From: Haliotis rubra
Lineage: Eukaryota
Assembly (NCBI RefSeq): GCF_003918875.1
Contig: NW_025766002.1
Coordinates: 248,001-312,000, forward strand
DNA: 64,000 bases
Direction of reading: 5' to 3'
Shown: positions 11,347-24,456 of the stretch, piece after piece
Numbering within the stretch: the stretch's first letter is position 1
Layout of the letters: the number at the start of each line of letters is the position of its first letter
Notes under the pieces: generated by a model
Told to the model about the DNA's origin: nothing
Databases searched by the model: none
Seen by the model: only the letters and a program-made list of their open reading frames with translations
Translations under genes and position numbers: made by a program

Positions 11347-12492
11347 CATACCCTTCATGAACGATACTGCAGTGAGTACTGTCCACCTGCTTGAACTGAC
11401 GATGAACCAGCAACCTCCACACAGAGAGCACGACGCTAACGGCTCACATTTACTTAATCCTTATCACAAGGTAACCTCTTGTCAATTTTTCGTGAAGGAA
11501 AAAAGTAAGTTTGACAATGTTATACTCATTGTCAAAAATTCACATTTCAAATAATGATCCATTAAGCAATTCTTGCAGTGCCCTAGATTATAATATTAAC
11601 TGTATTTGCCGCGTTCAGTTTAAACTACAGGTGCTTGGACGAACGTTTTCCTTTAGAAAAGGGCTTTTTGATACAGTTTCTTAAATACTGCAATTATGCT
11701 TCGTGTGGTATAATATGCCATTGAAGGTTAGAGATGTATGAAAAATGTGAAAATTATAGGGACTCTTTCTTCAAAGGAGGAACAGTTGAGGTTTATAGAT
11801 GCTGGTCCCTGAAGCATGTCATCCCTCTCTGACAGATTCTGACGCTGAAATCAACCACTGAAATGTACAAGACACAAAGTAATACATTTCATGACGGTGT
11901 GCCTATTAACTATAACTAAACAATGTTACAGTGTCATATTATGTAGGGCTCATGTGTAGTAGAGCCATGTGCTTGAACTACGTCAGAAGAACCCTGGCTA
12001 ATTTGTGTCCTTTCATATCGGACAATCAATGACGAAAACACTCATGACAGACGCTGCATATTCATTAATGCTTCATGTTAAATTACACCCATTCTCACTG
12101 ACGGAGGGCGTTTATACTAACTGTCTAGATCTGGATGGTGTGTACGGTCCTTGGTCGCGATTAGTTTAGTATAATGCAGAAAGTACTGAAAGAAAGAAGC
12201 ACGTTGTAGGTGCATTAACAGAAAAAATGTAATGCTCCGTACTTTGAAGGGCTATTTATACAGGAATTAACGAAATGCGGTAATGTTATAATACTCAGCT
12301 TCAAATCAAAACCTCAGTAGTGCTTGAATGAAAGATCTTTCATAGATCATATCAATTCCACACGATATGCGTGAATAAAACATTGTTGTGCTTGAATACA
12401 CATTTAAGCATCTCGAATTCGATGTGCATCGATGAATCGTTTAGCACTTTTAAGGCATCCATGAATCGCTCATGAATGGTGACACCCATTTG

Positions 12493-14352
12493 GCTCTTTC
12501 TAGGACATGGATGAGTCATAAACTCTTTCTAGGACATGGATGAGTCGTAAACTCTTTCTGAGATATCGATGAGTCGTTAACTCTTTCTAGGACATGGATG
12601 AGTCGTAAACTCTTTCTGGGACATCGATGAGTCGTAAACTCTTTCTGGGACATCGATGAGTCGTAAACTCTTTCTGAGACATCGATGAGTCGTAAACTCT
12701 TTCTGGGACATCGATGAGTCGTTAACTCTTTCTGGGACATCGATGAGTCGTAAACTCTTTCTGGGACATCGATGAGTCGTAAACTCTTTCTGGGACATCG
12801 ATGAGTCGTAAACTCTTTCTAGGACATGGATGAGTCGTAAACTCTTTCTGGGACATCGATGAGTCGTTAACTCCTTCTGGGACATCGATGAGTCGTTAAC
12901 TCATTCTGGGACATCGATGAGTCGTTAACTCCTTCTGTGGACATCGATGAGTCGTTAACTCCTTCTGGGACATCGATGAGTCGTTAACTCCTTCTGGGAC
13001 ATCGATGAGTCGTTAACTCTTCTGGGATATCGATGAGTCGTTAACTCCTTCTGGGACATCGATGAGTCGTTAACTCCTTCTGGGACATCGATGAGTCGTT
13101 AACTCCTTCTGGGACATCGATGAGTCGTTAACTCTTCTGGGACATCGATGAGTCGACATTATGACGTTAACTCCTTCTGGGACATCGATGAGTCGTTAAC
13201 TCCTTCTGGGACATCGATGAGTCGTTAAGTCGTTAACTCTTTCTGGGACATCGATGTTAACTCTTTCTGGGACATCGATGAGTCGTAACTCTTTCTGGGA
13301 CATCGATGAGTCGTTAACTCTTTCTGGGACATCGATGAGTCGTTAACTCCTTCTGGGACATCGATGAGTCGTCTGGGAATCTCGTTAATTCTGGGACATC
13401 GATGAGTCGTTAACTCTTTCTGGGACATCGATGAGTCGTTAACTCTTCTGGGACATCGATGAGTCGTTAACTCCTTCTGGGACATCGATGAGTCGTTAAC
13501 TCTTTCTGGGACATCGATGAGTCGTTAACTCTTTCTGGGACATCGATGAGTCGTTAACTCTTTCTGGGACATCGATGAGTCGTTAACCTTCTGGGACATC
13601 GATGAGTCGTTAACTCCATTCTGGGACATCGATGAGTCGTTAACTCCTTCTGGGACATCGATGAGTCGTTAACTCCTTCTGGGACATCGATGAGTCGTTA
13701 ACTCATTCTGGGACATCGATGAGTCGTTAACTCCTTCTGGGACATCGATGAGTCGTTATGAGTCGTTAACTCCTTCTGGGACATCGATGAGTCGTTAACT
13801 CCTTCTGGGACATCGATGAGTCGTTTCCTTCTGGGACATCGATGAGTCGTTAACTCATTCTGTGACATCGATGAGTCGTTAACTCCTTCTGGGACATCGA
13901 TGAGTCGTTAACTCCTTCTGGGACATCGATGAGTCGTTAACTCCTTCTGGGACATCGATGAGTCGTTAACTCCTTCTGGGATTCTGGGACATCGATGAGT
14001 CGTTAACTCATTCTGGGACATCGATGAGTCGTTAACTCCTTCTGGGACATCGATGAGTCGTTAACTCCTTCTGGGACATCGATGAGTCGTTAACTCTTCT
14101 GGGACATCTGAGTCGACATCGATGAGTCGTTAACTCCTTCTGGGACATCGATGAGTCGTTACCTCCTTCTGGGACATCGATGAATCGTTAACTCATTCTG
14201 TGACATCGATGAGTCGTTAACTCTTTCTGGGACATCGATGAGTCGTTACCTCCTTCTGTGACATCGATGAGTTGTTAACTCCTTCTGGGACATCGATGAG
14301 TCGTTACCTCCTTCTGGGATGTCGATGAGTCGTTAACTCCTTCTGGGACATC
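12493..14352. repeat. 29-bp minisatellite, ~64 units (AACTC(C/T)TTCTGGGACATCGATGAGTCGT(T/A)); degenerate flanks 12420-12492 and 14353-14780
   Basis: Period 29 (12724 to 12753); direct reading. Confidence 0.98.
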
Positions 14353-15489
14353 CATAAATCATTTGCTCATCTGAGCCGCCGTTAATTCGTTCGATCGTCT
14401 TTGTACGCCGAGGAATGTTTATCTCTTCTTAAACATCATTGAATCGCCATGTCCTTCTGTGACATCGATTTATCTTACCTTTGAGGGACACCGATGAATC
14501 ATCATTAACCCTTCAAGGACATGCATGAATTGTTTACCATTTCTGGTACACCAACGAATCGTTCACTCCTTCCGACATTCCGACAAACCGTCTACCCATT
14601 CTGGGGCACTGGTGGTTCGTTTACCCTTCCGACACAAAGATGAAGTGTCCATCCCTTCTAGGACACTGTGAAATCGTTTTACCATCTCTGGTACAAGGAC
14701 GAATCGTTTACGTCCTCTCGGATACTGATGAATCGTACATTCTGGGACAGAGGTGGATCGTTTAGCGCTTGTTGGACATGACCATATTGTTATCACTGCT
14801 CACTTATTGCGATGCGGATACTGCCACAGTGATTTCATATCACGACCAGGACACCGTCAGTTTAGTATCAACAACTACAAAGCCATACAGACTCATATCT
14901 GTCTACTCTCTCAAGACAACGATACTTTAGACGAGCACTCTGCCTGGGATCCACTCCGGTCTTTGTTACTTAATATCACTTTCCAATCAAAATTAATTAC
15001 ATTAAGTGGTACATTCTCAGCATCTTCTGGAGCTGTGCCTCTACAAGCTTCAACCATATACAAACAACATGTCGTATTACTATGTGTAATTGTAAATGTG
15101 TAATTTGCATTTTCTGAAGGATTTAGCTGAACATTCTGATACTTCTGGTACATACATTGACACTTGCATGTGTTCCCGGTTCGATCCATAGAGTTTCATA
15201 TACTGGTAGTAGTTTGACAATCACGCTTGAGTTATCAAGCCAACTTTTCAAAAAACATCAGTGATACACCTCTGTTCTTTACCATCCTTTGATTTCAAGC
15301 AATTTAGAAAACAAATCCATTATTTTGTCAATATCACAAGATAGTTTAAAATTTGATGACGTGACTTACAGTTTTAACTCACTTACTCTCGGGTACGCGG
15401 ACAATTGTGTATTGTTTGCTGTGTAAGAGCACATTGCGCGTTCATCGTAGCACTCACAGTCTGTTGCTAAGAGTTGCTTTTTGTTCAAG

Positions 15490-15655
15490 AATCGGTTGAA
15501 GAAAGTTATTCATGAGTAAGTGCACACGCCATTGCAATTTCATTCATGATATTGTAAACCTTCAACTCTTGTATGATAATGAGCCAAGTCTTGTAGGGGG
15601 AATCACAGTCGTCAGCCACAATGTCGTATTGTTGATATCACAATTCAAACCTCTG
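15490..15655 (-). pseudogene. Possible PIF/Harbinger transposase remnant
   Basis: Minus-strand translation DIVADDCDSPYKTWLIIIQELKVYN...IAMACAL loosely matches GDSGYPLxPWLxTP...ExxYN and IxACxxLHN; weak, internal deletion implied. Confidence 0.3.
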
Positions 15656-16490
15656 CTTAATGTGACACGGAGTATTTAATTACGAACAAACTTTGCTATA
15701 TGACTGGGTATTGTGTGCAAACAAATAAAAGCCTTTCTGTCGCAAGTTCGGCAGCTTCAATTTGCAATTCGCATGAAAAGTCACGAATGAGATAAAAAAC
15801 ACAAGAAAACTATACTATCACATTCTTGCAACAGTTTCATAGAAGTATTCACATTTAAGAAAATATTTTTTAAAGGTAAAATTGAAATTTATGAAAGATC
15901 ATAAAATCTAAACAGAGTGGCGGAGATAATTTGTGCTACGCCACATGTCATTCTATTTTCTCCTGCGAAGCAGAACGCAAACGCTATTTCTATACCGAAG
16001 AAACAGGGCCCCTATACTGTGGTCAGGACCGGGTCTATTAAAATGCAATTTACCTGACCCCCCGCAGTGGAGATGAAAGGCTACAGGTAACAGACGGGGG
16101 ATAGGATTTACTTGCTTGCTACGGATTGGTAACATTTTCTTCCTTAAGAATGCAAGAGACTGATTTTAACAGTGACATTAGACAAGATGGGACTTACATT
16201 CCAAACTTACATAACAAAACTGCATGAAACGACTTTCTCATTCTTGTCTCGATGTTTAGGTGACATTAATCTATTGTTCAACAGTATATCAAAATGCTGT
16301 AAATTGCTTTTGAACATTTACAGGCAAGTTTATTACTCTGATACAACTAAGTTTTTTCTTGTAAAATGCAGTTCTAATATGTGTTTTCGAAACAGAAAGG
16401 ATTTGTCATCTTCACAACTTGTATAGCCTATTCGTCTCCGCCATAATATTCTTTTTCTCCGAGGATTTGTTGGCTGTGAAACATGGGCCG

Positions 16491-16642
16491 NNNNNNNNNN
16501 NNNNNNNNNNNNNNNNNNNNNNNNNNNNNNNNNNNNNNNNNNNNNNNNNNNNNNNNNNNNNNNNNNNNNNNNNNNNNNNNNNNNNNNNNNNNNNNNNNNN
16601 NNNNNNNNNNNNNNNNNNNNNNNNNNNNNNNNNNNNNNNNNN
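16491..16642. other. Assembly gap
   Basis: Run of N. Confidence 1.
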
Positions 16643-18305
16643 CACACATACTAACATTAAGACACTATCACTAACACTAACACACACTATACACATTGTT
16701 AAGTGTTAAACATTGTTACTGTTGTTTTGGGGTGTACGTTATTACCGTGGAGATTAAAGGTTCAACACTCGGACGACACAGGTGTGATGGGGTGACGTAC
16801 AAGGTTGATGGTACGGGGTTGACGGGGTTGACGCCCAATTCACGAGTTCATGTTGATCCGGAACAACTTTTATATTCATTTTTCACAACACAGCGTGACG
16901 TCATACATGGCAATGCCGACGTCACAGAATGTGGCCCTGAACGTTTTCTCTGCTCTTGCATCCAGTTTGTGTTGTCGCAAGGCATCGGCATGTTCTGACG
17001 ACAAAACATGAGCTTAAGATGAGCTGTATAACTGAAAGACGATGTCCGTCATTTATATCGGAATTAACATTAAATTCTGCCAAACGTGTCTGCTAACCAC
17101 GCCGCGTGACGTTGGAATATTATGGCGAGGAGGCGGATTTGACTGTCTGTGAATCTTGATTGCAAAAGATTCAAACTCTTTCTCGTGGCTCAAACCCAAC
17201 CTAATGATTTATCCTCTCGTTACACATTCCTCACTGAGGCTAAAGTCTATATTTTTCTACTCAAATGTATGAACTTCAAGCTAGTGCGCAAGTTCGTGAA
17301 CTTCAAAGTAGTGCACAGGCTTTGTTGTCAAGTCAATTTCTACGCAACCCCTTTCTTCAACCGGTTTCGGTTCGCGAATGAAAGCGTCATAGTTTACACA
17401 AAATCAAAACTGTAATATAAGTAATCCTTTGGTGATAACTAAAATGTCACACTTGTTCTGGTTAGATTCCAATTTTACGAAACTCGTGAACTTCGTATCG
17501 TACCTGACCTCGCTTTCGCTCGATTAGATACCACTGTAAGGTCACTCGTTTTGTACAATTGGTTTGTAACGAGAACTCGTGTAGTATTTTACAAACATTT
17601 AACCAGATGAAAATAATGATTTAATGTAAATAACAGCTAAGCTTACTTGATATTAACTAGCACATTTCAACATGTTGACAACAAGTCTATCATATTTCAA
17701 ATCACCTTTGAACTCCAAATTAAAAGTCCATCCATCAGTTGATTAACCAAGACCAGAACGAAAATACCTGTTTCAAGGACTTCTGTTGTACTTGTCCACA
17801 GCATACAATTACTTCATCGATATGTAACAGACTGTTGTCTATTTCAATACACGTGTCAGTATTGGAATCGGCCTACACAGTGGCAATACATCTGATAATG
17901 TTCTATGAGACGCATGTAATGACATCATGCGATTCTGTCATGAATCTACAATGGTGCTGCCGGCTGCACGAGGCACCCCTACCAGGTCGGTTAAAGTACA
18001 GACAGCACGTGGTTCAACAGAATCGAAATGATGGGTGGAAAATGATTGATAACAATTTGCGATATGCAGGTGTATGAGATCTTTAAATTTGTCAACGTGG
18101 ACTTGATAAAGCACATAGGTCAACATTGATTATAACACAACACTAGTTTGAGAAATATGATGCGGGAGAATTAAATAATTAAACTTCCACCATGAAGGTA
18201 TCAGTGAAGTAAATTGTTCGTCGGTTTTCAAAAGCCAAGAGTTTGCTAGCGTCTGAGATTTCAGTATGCGAGTGTTTTCCTTTCAAGCCAGGCATTTCCT
18301 GTTTA

Positions 18306-18437
18306 TGAGTGAGTGAGTGAGTGAGTGAGAGTAAGAGACAGTAGGCCAGTTGAAGAGGTCGTTTGGCCTCCCAGCCGTGATATTGCTGGAATGTTGCTAA
18401 AAGCGGCGTAAAACCATATTCACTCACTCACTCACTC
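18306..18437. mobile_element. Two oppositely oriented SINE tails: (GAGT)n on the left, family A 3' end plus (ACTC)n on the right
   Basis: CCGTGATATTGCTGGAATGTTGCTAAAAGCGGCGTAAAACC matches family A 3' end. Confidence 0.75.
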
Positions 18438-18484
18438 CTTTCATACAGTGATGTGGAGAGTTTGTTGTCACTCTGAATCTTTAT

Positions 18485-18735
18485 GCATAGACTAACACAC
18501 ATGAGGTGGTCTCACTAGTCTCCTATATTTCAAGTTCAGGTGAGTAGACAAAGGGGAATGGAATCGGTTACTTAGTATTTGATTGTTATTGAGCGAGACC
18601 AGATTATCCATATACCTGAAGCATAAGCTCTTGGCCAAATTACCTTGTTTCGATATTGCCAGCCCAAGCAGAAATTCAAACGGCCCCTCAGACGATGGGA
18701 CCTCTAAGTATAGACATGGCAACGGCGCTCCTTTA
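18485..18735 (-). pseudogene. Penelope-like reverse transcriptase remnant (catalytic YxDD region)
   Basis: APLPCLYL...EFLLGL...LAKSLCFRYMDNLVSLNN then frameshifted YSPELEI*ETSET, matching the pattern APLLADLYL...LAKSF..FRYIDDVLSLNN...YPxELEIKET. Confidence 0.75.
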
Positions 18736-18887
18736 AAGCTCAAGATGGATATTTTTGCTGGAATTTCAAATAATTTTGCATGAAAATAAACGGAAAGCAA
18801 ACACATTTTCATCAGGTACTATATTTAGTACGGATAGATCACATCCCCTCAACACTAGCATGCATTACGACATAGACACAGAACTCG

Positions 18888-18975
18888 TTATGCTGTTGAT
18901 CACTGGATTGTCTGGTCCAGACTCGATTATTCACAGACCGCCGTCATATAGCTTGTTGCAGCGGTAAACAACAAA
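18888..18975 (+). mobile_element. SINE-like family B 3' fragment
   Basis: ATGCTGTTGATCACTGGATTGTCTGGTCCAGACTCGATTATTCACAGACCGCCGTCATATAGC. Confidence 0.85.
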
Positions 18976-21185
18976 CACACAAAACAGAACCCACAAGGCA
19001 CCAAGACACTTCAATTCTAATAAATCAGAAGCATTATCCACTGTTTCGTTTCATAACGCGTCACAATTTGAGATAACACAAATTTTGTTTAACAAACAAA
19101 TTACCAATGTCATATTTATTTCCAGAACAACCTCGCCATGCTGTGCTAACACTCAGGTGTCAAATGATACAATTTCGGAATAAAGTGCAATTATCAATTT
19201 TAAATATGCTCTTCGTCTAACAAAGACCAGATGTTGCAAAACAATGACAGCTTCTAAAAAATAAATTCCAGCTACGCAGATTTTCTATTTATTCATGTCA
19301 TTATTATTGTCCTGATGTGAAATCAATTTAATGTTTTATGTCATGTCGATATACCCGAGAACATGAATGATGAGGACATATTGTTTGTTTCCACGTGGGT
19401 AGCTACTGAGGCTGATTATGAGCATCTGTTTTGAGTAATAAATCACACGTCATAAGGAGAACAAGTATATTCATCAATCAGGTTATATTCCAACTGCACA
19501 TCAACCCTGAAGAAAAGTTAACATAAAACATTAGCTGTTGACATCAATGTTATCAATAAGTTATACATGTTTATTTGATGGTAATGTGCACTTGTGACCG
19601 AATGGGGGACTAAGGCGTGCAATTCGTTGTGCTGAGTTGGATCTCCATTAGGCACGACAGAAACCGGTGGCCGTTGTTTCGAATAATGATATTCGCCAAG
19701 CTTGGGTTTTTTGGTTTGTCAGAGCCCGTGCTGGTGGATTTCACAAAAGCGGTAAACGTATTTGACCGGCATCATTTCGGGCTTTCCACCACATTAAGCA
19801 GACACGCTGTGATCAAAGCTGCCAAACTGTGTGAACATCGTCCGTTTATGAACGGTATTTTCGTGGTCATGTGGCCATGGCCTTCTTTGGAACACACAGA
19901 AATCTTGAACTTCCGTCTTATATGTAACATGACACAAGGATATAAACGTGTTCATTAAATTGTTGAAATGAAAATGCAACATCCACGTTTTTATTTCAAA
20001 TAACAGAACGGATCCAATTTGACGTCCATCATGTCCATGAATGTATTGAATGAATACGGAAAGAAAAATGCATTTTATGTGGAGCAGCGTAAAAAATCAA
20101 CAACATAGATTTGACCATCCATAATTCAAGTGTCTTAAGAAATAGTGCAAAAGGTGAAAGATACATATAGTCATTAAACTTTTATTTCCTTTATCAAATG
20201 ATTAAACGTTTAATGTATACATTATACTGCTCCTTCATCATCTTTAACCGTCATGATGAAGGACCGTTTCTATGTATAAACAAAATGACGTGTGTCATAA
20301 TACATTATAAATGTGATCTGGGTACTCATCTAAAACATGGTGTATTTCCCACCAAAATACATCTGAAACTCCAAATTACGTATGTATCGTTTCCTTTCAT
20401 ACTTCAGTGTGTCCGGCTCAGTCAAGAGGTGTCGCGTCTGTGAAAGTCCATGTCAAACAAGGATTATACCGGCCCACTCTTCCCACTTGTATCCCCCAAA
20501 CCCCCACTTAAACCAGCGTCTCAGACCAATCTCAATGTCTTTACTCATCTTGTCTAAACACCGCGGAAAAGTTGATCAACAGAGATAAGTAGTACACGTG
20601 TATCATGCGAATAGTTGCTAGGGGAATAGATACCTCCTTGTACACTGCGAGGAGCTGTGTGGACGTTAGACCTGCGTTATGTGGTATATTACAGCATGTT
20701 ATATAGTGGAAATAAACGTACATTTGTAACTCTAATGACTGGACACGAATAACGCCATGCACACACACACACACACAGAAACGAAAGTAACAGGGGCAAA
20801 TAGATTTGAAATAGGCTCAATTTCCGACTTAAAAATTCTCCATTCTCCTTTTTAACACATTGTCAATAAAGAACACAAAATTGTAAACGGCCTATTTTGA
20901 ATTAATATCCCTGCTTTATGGACATACGTTAAGATTACTGTTTATAACATGTATAGTGAACAGCTGACGCGTTTCATTTTGTATCCTCACTACAGACAGA
21001 CAATACTTGTCTGCAGATTGGTCATATGATAACTCAGCTCACCATCCAAACAATAATGTATAGTAATATCGGATAGTTTCATGGGTTATTCTGTGTCGCG
21101 TTTTAAACTGTCCGGCAAAAGAAAATATACACCTGAAAATTGGATTTGACCCAAACGTTATCAAAGAGTTAGCAAACTGAAAACA

Positions 21186-21509
21186 TAGTACTTTTTGGGG
21201 TTGAGTCCCATGCGGGATTCGAACCCGCACCTTCAGAGTCAGGCACCTAATCGCCAGCACACAAAGTCAGCCGCCTAACCCGCTCAGCCACCGCGACTTC
21301 CACAAAAAATGAAAGTCGGACAACTGGTAGTCTAGACTACGGACTTTGTGTACCCCTCTGAGAAGTTTAAATTGGCACGGCTCCCACGGCCGAAATCTAT
21401 GATTACTCATTGCAATATTATAGAAAGTGGTCAAATGTAACATATGTTATATTTGGGATTACACTTTCTTTGTAAAGTACAAATTCGATTATTTTGGGGG
21501 TTCAGTCCC
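21186..21509 (-). mobile_element. 300-bp tRNA-headed unit with short terminal redundancy
   Basis: Direct repeats at 21192-21209 and 21492-21509 (period 300); tRNA-like 21297-21205 with A box TGGCTGAGCGG, B box GGTTCGAATCC and perfect T-stem GCGGG/CCCGC; T6 run at 21309-21304. Confidence 0.75.
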
Positions 21510-23383
21510 GGATAACATAAGTCTAAATTACAATTATGATACCCGTGTCAAATACCTCGCAATCAAATAACAATTTCTTGCAAAGACAAACACAAACTGT
21601 TCTTGTACGCCGCCTACCCATATGGCTGTTTAAAAGCCCAACTTTAAGTAAGACATGCCACGTAGGAAAATAAACCATAAATCTTTTCAAGCAAATGTAA
21701 AATGAGGAGAAACTCTAGTCAGTCGCAGGGGTGACTTCCTGCGACATATATCAAGTAAACACCCCATCAACTTTCTAAAGCTGTCTCACAATAGGAGGTG
21801 GGGGTATAAACGTGTTGAAACAAATTGCAACGTGGTGTAAACGTTGGGTGTGGATTTCATTACCCCTTCTCACGGCCACTGGTCACTTGAGACATTTTCT
21901 ATTGCTAGGAAAATCCACGGACACCGGTCACATGATACAAGGTGTCGGGTATGTGTGCAGTTGGGTCCAGACCCATGGCGTCTACTGACAAACAGTGGTC
22001 ATTCCGGGTAGACGGGGTGGCAAGGTTCCTGTTGACGTGTACATAACAGAGGCTAGCCTAACTTAAGATTTCTGTAACAGACAGTGATGTGAGGCAAGGT
22101 GATGGTTTGTCTCCAATCGTATTCATAGCGGCTAACAACGTTTTTCATTGGTAGATTCCTTTCCATGCTCATTGTCACTTAATGTGAACGCTCTTTGGTA
22201 TATTATTAAATATAATCGTTGTTTTACTTATATAATAAGCCACAAACTACACTATTGCACATCCAGTACATTTTCCCACCTTATCCATTCTTTAAAACCG
22301 ATCTAGAGTGATTTTAAAGTTATAAGAAAGGATACACTCAGCCAATGTGATTGGTTGGATGGTGTGCTGATTCGTATGATCAATGTGTATTGTCTACTTG
22401 TAGTGAGGGTACAAATATAAAAAAATATTACCCGAAATAAAAACTGTAGTGCCGTGTTTACATTTGGTGTCTTCCAAATCGACGATGACTATAGATTTTC
22501 CGACCAAATCAAAGTGTACATCTTTCTATTTCAAACAAAGACATAAACATTTCATTTTCAACTAATGATATAGTCCAGCTTTATGTTGGTTATGAAATCT
22601 AAAAGTTATTATAGCAACTGAATATTTTTTTTAGCTTTCATTGTAGTTTCATCTCATCTCAGAAGTAATCTCAGAGAAAAGAACAACGAAGTTTAAACGT
22701 CGGCTGACAAACAAACATGCTATACTCTGAGTCACAAAAGAACAAAGGAATGGCTGTGAATTGAAAACCTAATAAAAGGTTTACAGTGTAAGTGTGTGAA
22801 GGTATATATTAGTATTGTAGTGGGGGGTGGTTTTATTTAATTGACGTAGTGCATACCTAATGTAAGTATAGTATTACTCAACCTTTATTGCCTATTCGTA
22901 TGTGTTGGTCAGTTTCTATTTATCAATGTCCATTTTCCCGTTTGTTTTGATGCATTAGGTAGTTAGCTTAATATAGCTATATTTTCATATATTTCTTGCA
23001 ATGTCTCCTTAAAAAGAAGTTTTCAAGTGAGACTATACATGTTTAAAACAGTCTAAAATTATAATACACTGGAACAATAATTATGTTAAGCCCAATGGAA
23101 TTAATATCTGGATGGTAAATTTGTGACAATAAGGGAAAGTATGATGGTATGCCATCTCTCTCTCTCCCTCCCCCTCTCTCCCCTTCTCTCTTTCTCTCTC
23201 ACTGTGTGTATGGACAGGTGTAGTGGAACACTTCGTCATGTGGTATAGAAAAGAACTTTCACTAACAGTTATTGAAGCCATATTCTGTAACTCCGAGAAC
23301 AGTTGAAGACTCTGATGGAAACCCTAATCATATGCTGAATTATATGAGTAAAGAAAACAAAGAAATATATTACAACTTTAAGC

Positions 23384-23389
23384 TTTATT
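23384..23389 (-). terminator. Probable polyadenylation signal of the Dmrt gene (3' UTR about 1.1 kb)
   Basis: AATAAA on minus strand with upstream TGTA and downstream T/GT-rich tract TATTTCTTTGTTTTCTTT. Confidence 0.55.
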
Positions 23390-24066
23390 GCTTTCGTCAT
23401 CATAACATGTATTATGTACAATAAATAATAAGGTCAGTTACATGAACATAAAAGATGGCTGCACAATCTGGCGTCATTTGCACATATCACAAAATGCTAT
23501 GATATTACATCAAGAATGAGAAACAATATCAATGAAGATATCCTTTAAAAACGTCAATAACAATTGACAATATAATTAATACATGGGACATAAAAAATTC
23601 ACGTTGAGCAAATCATGTACATTCCACGACGATGACCGTGAATCAAATGTCAACAAGAATATTAACTAATATTCAAAACCTTCAGCAAGCTGAAGTTGTC
23701 ATCAACACTATGGAACTGTCAAAGGGCAATGTCGGATCATATGATCCACTGAAATTGGTTATCCCCCGAGTGTGTGTATCGTTGTGAAGTTATGTAGTAT
23801 TATGTCTTTCATTTTTTGAGACCCGAAGATGTTATATTGTCAAAGGTCTAATCGGCCTCCAGTCAACGGCTTCATTCAGTGACTGTATATTACCTACAGT
23901 AATTTGAATACAGGAGATATTGATATTATGGATAAAATCATATCATTACAAGTTACTTATCAAGACAACATAGAGAGCCAACATTTGAGTAATATGACTC
24001 GTAGAATATCTATGCAGTGATTGCAATCCAAATTATGACGGAGATTGATTAAGTACATAGCCTCCA

Positions 24067-24130
24067 TGTGTGTGTGCGTGTGTGTGTCTGTCTGTCTGTC
24101 TGACTGACTGACTGACTGTCTGTCTGTCTC
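24067..24130. repeat. Compound microsatellite (GT)n(GTCT)n(GACT)n(GTCT)n in the predicted Dmrt 3' UTR
   Basis: Direct reading. Confidence 0.9.
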
Positions 24131-24456
24131 TTATAGCATCATGCTTTTGATGTGAATATTACATCGCCGTTGTTTTTTGCCATACAATATTAAGTGTAAT
24201 TGATGGGGGTTTTTAAAGAAAAAGGGCAACTCCAAAAACAGTCGATGCACATATAGGAATCATAGACACTGAATTTTACACTAATTTGTCGGAATGTGCC
24301 ATAACAATAGAAAACTACAAATATATTGGTAAATATGTTTAAAACCATTCTGATATACGACGACTTATCAGATGATCTCGTTAAGATGAATCTTCAGCTG
24401 TGCAGCCATTAAGACTGAGTGGAAATGAGACAAGTTCAACACCGTTTTGAGACAGC

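Noticed and set aside
16333-16709. ORFs spanning N runs (also 48.9, 52.0, 57.9 kb)
   Set aside because: Artefacts of assembly gaps
21205-21297. Functional tRNA-Leu/Ser-like gene
   Set aside because: Acceptor stem mismatched and no clean anticodon arm; embedded in a dispersed 300-bp unit
21355-21410. Canonical hammerhead on the plus strand of the 300-bp unit
   Set aside because: CTGAGAA does not satisfy the 3-8 pair and is not adjacent to the stem; no stem I found; kept only as a test
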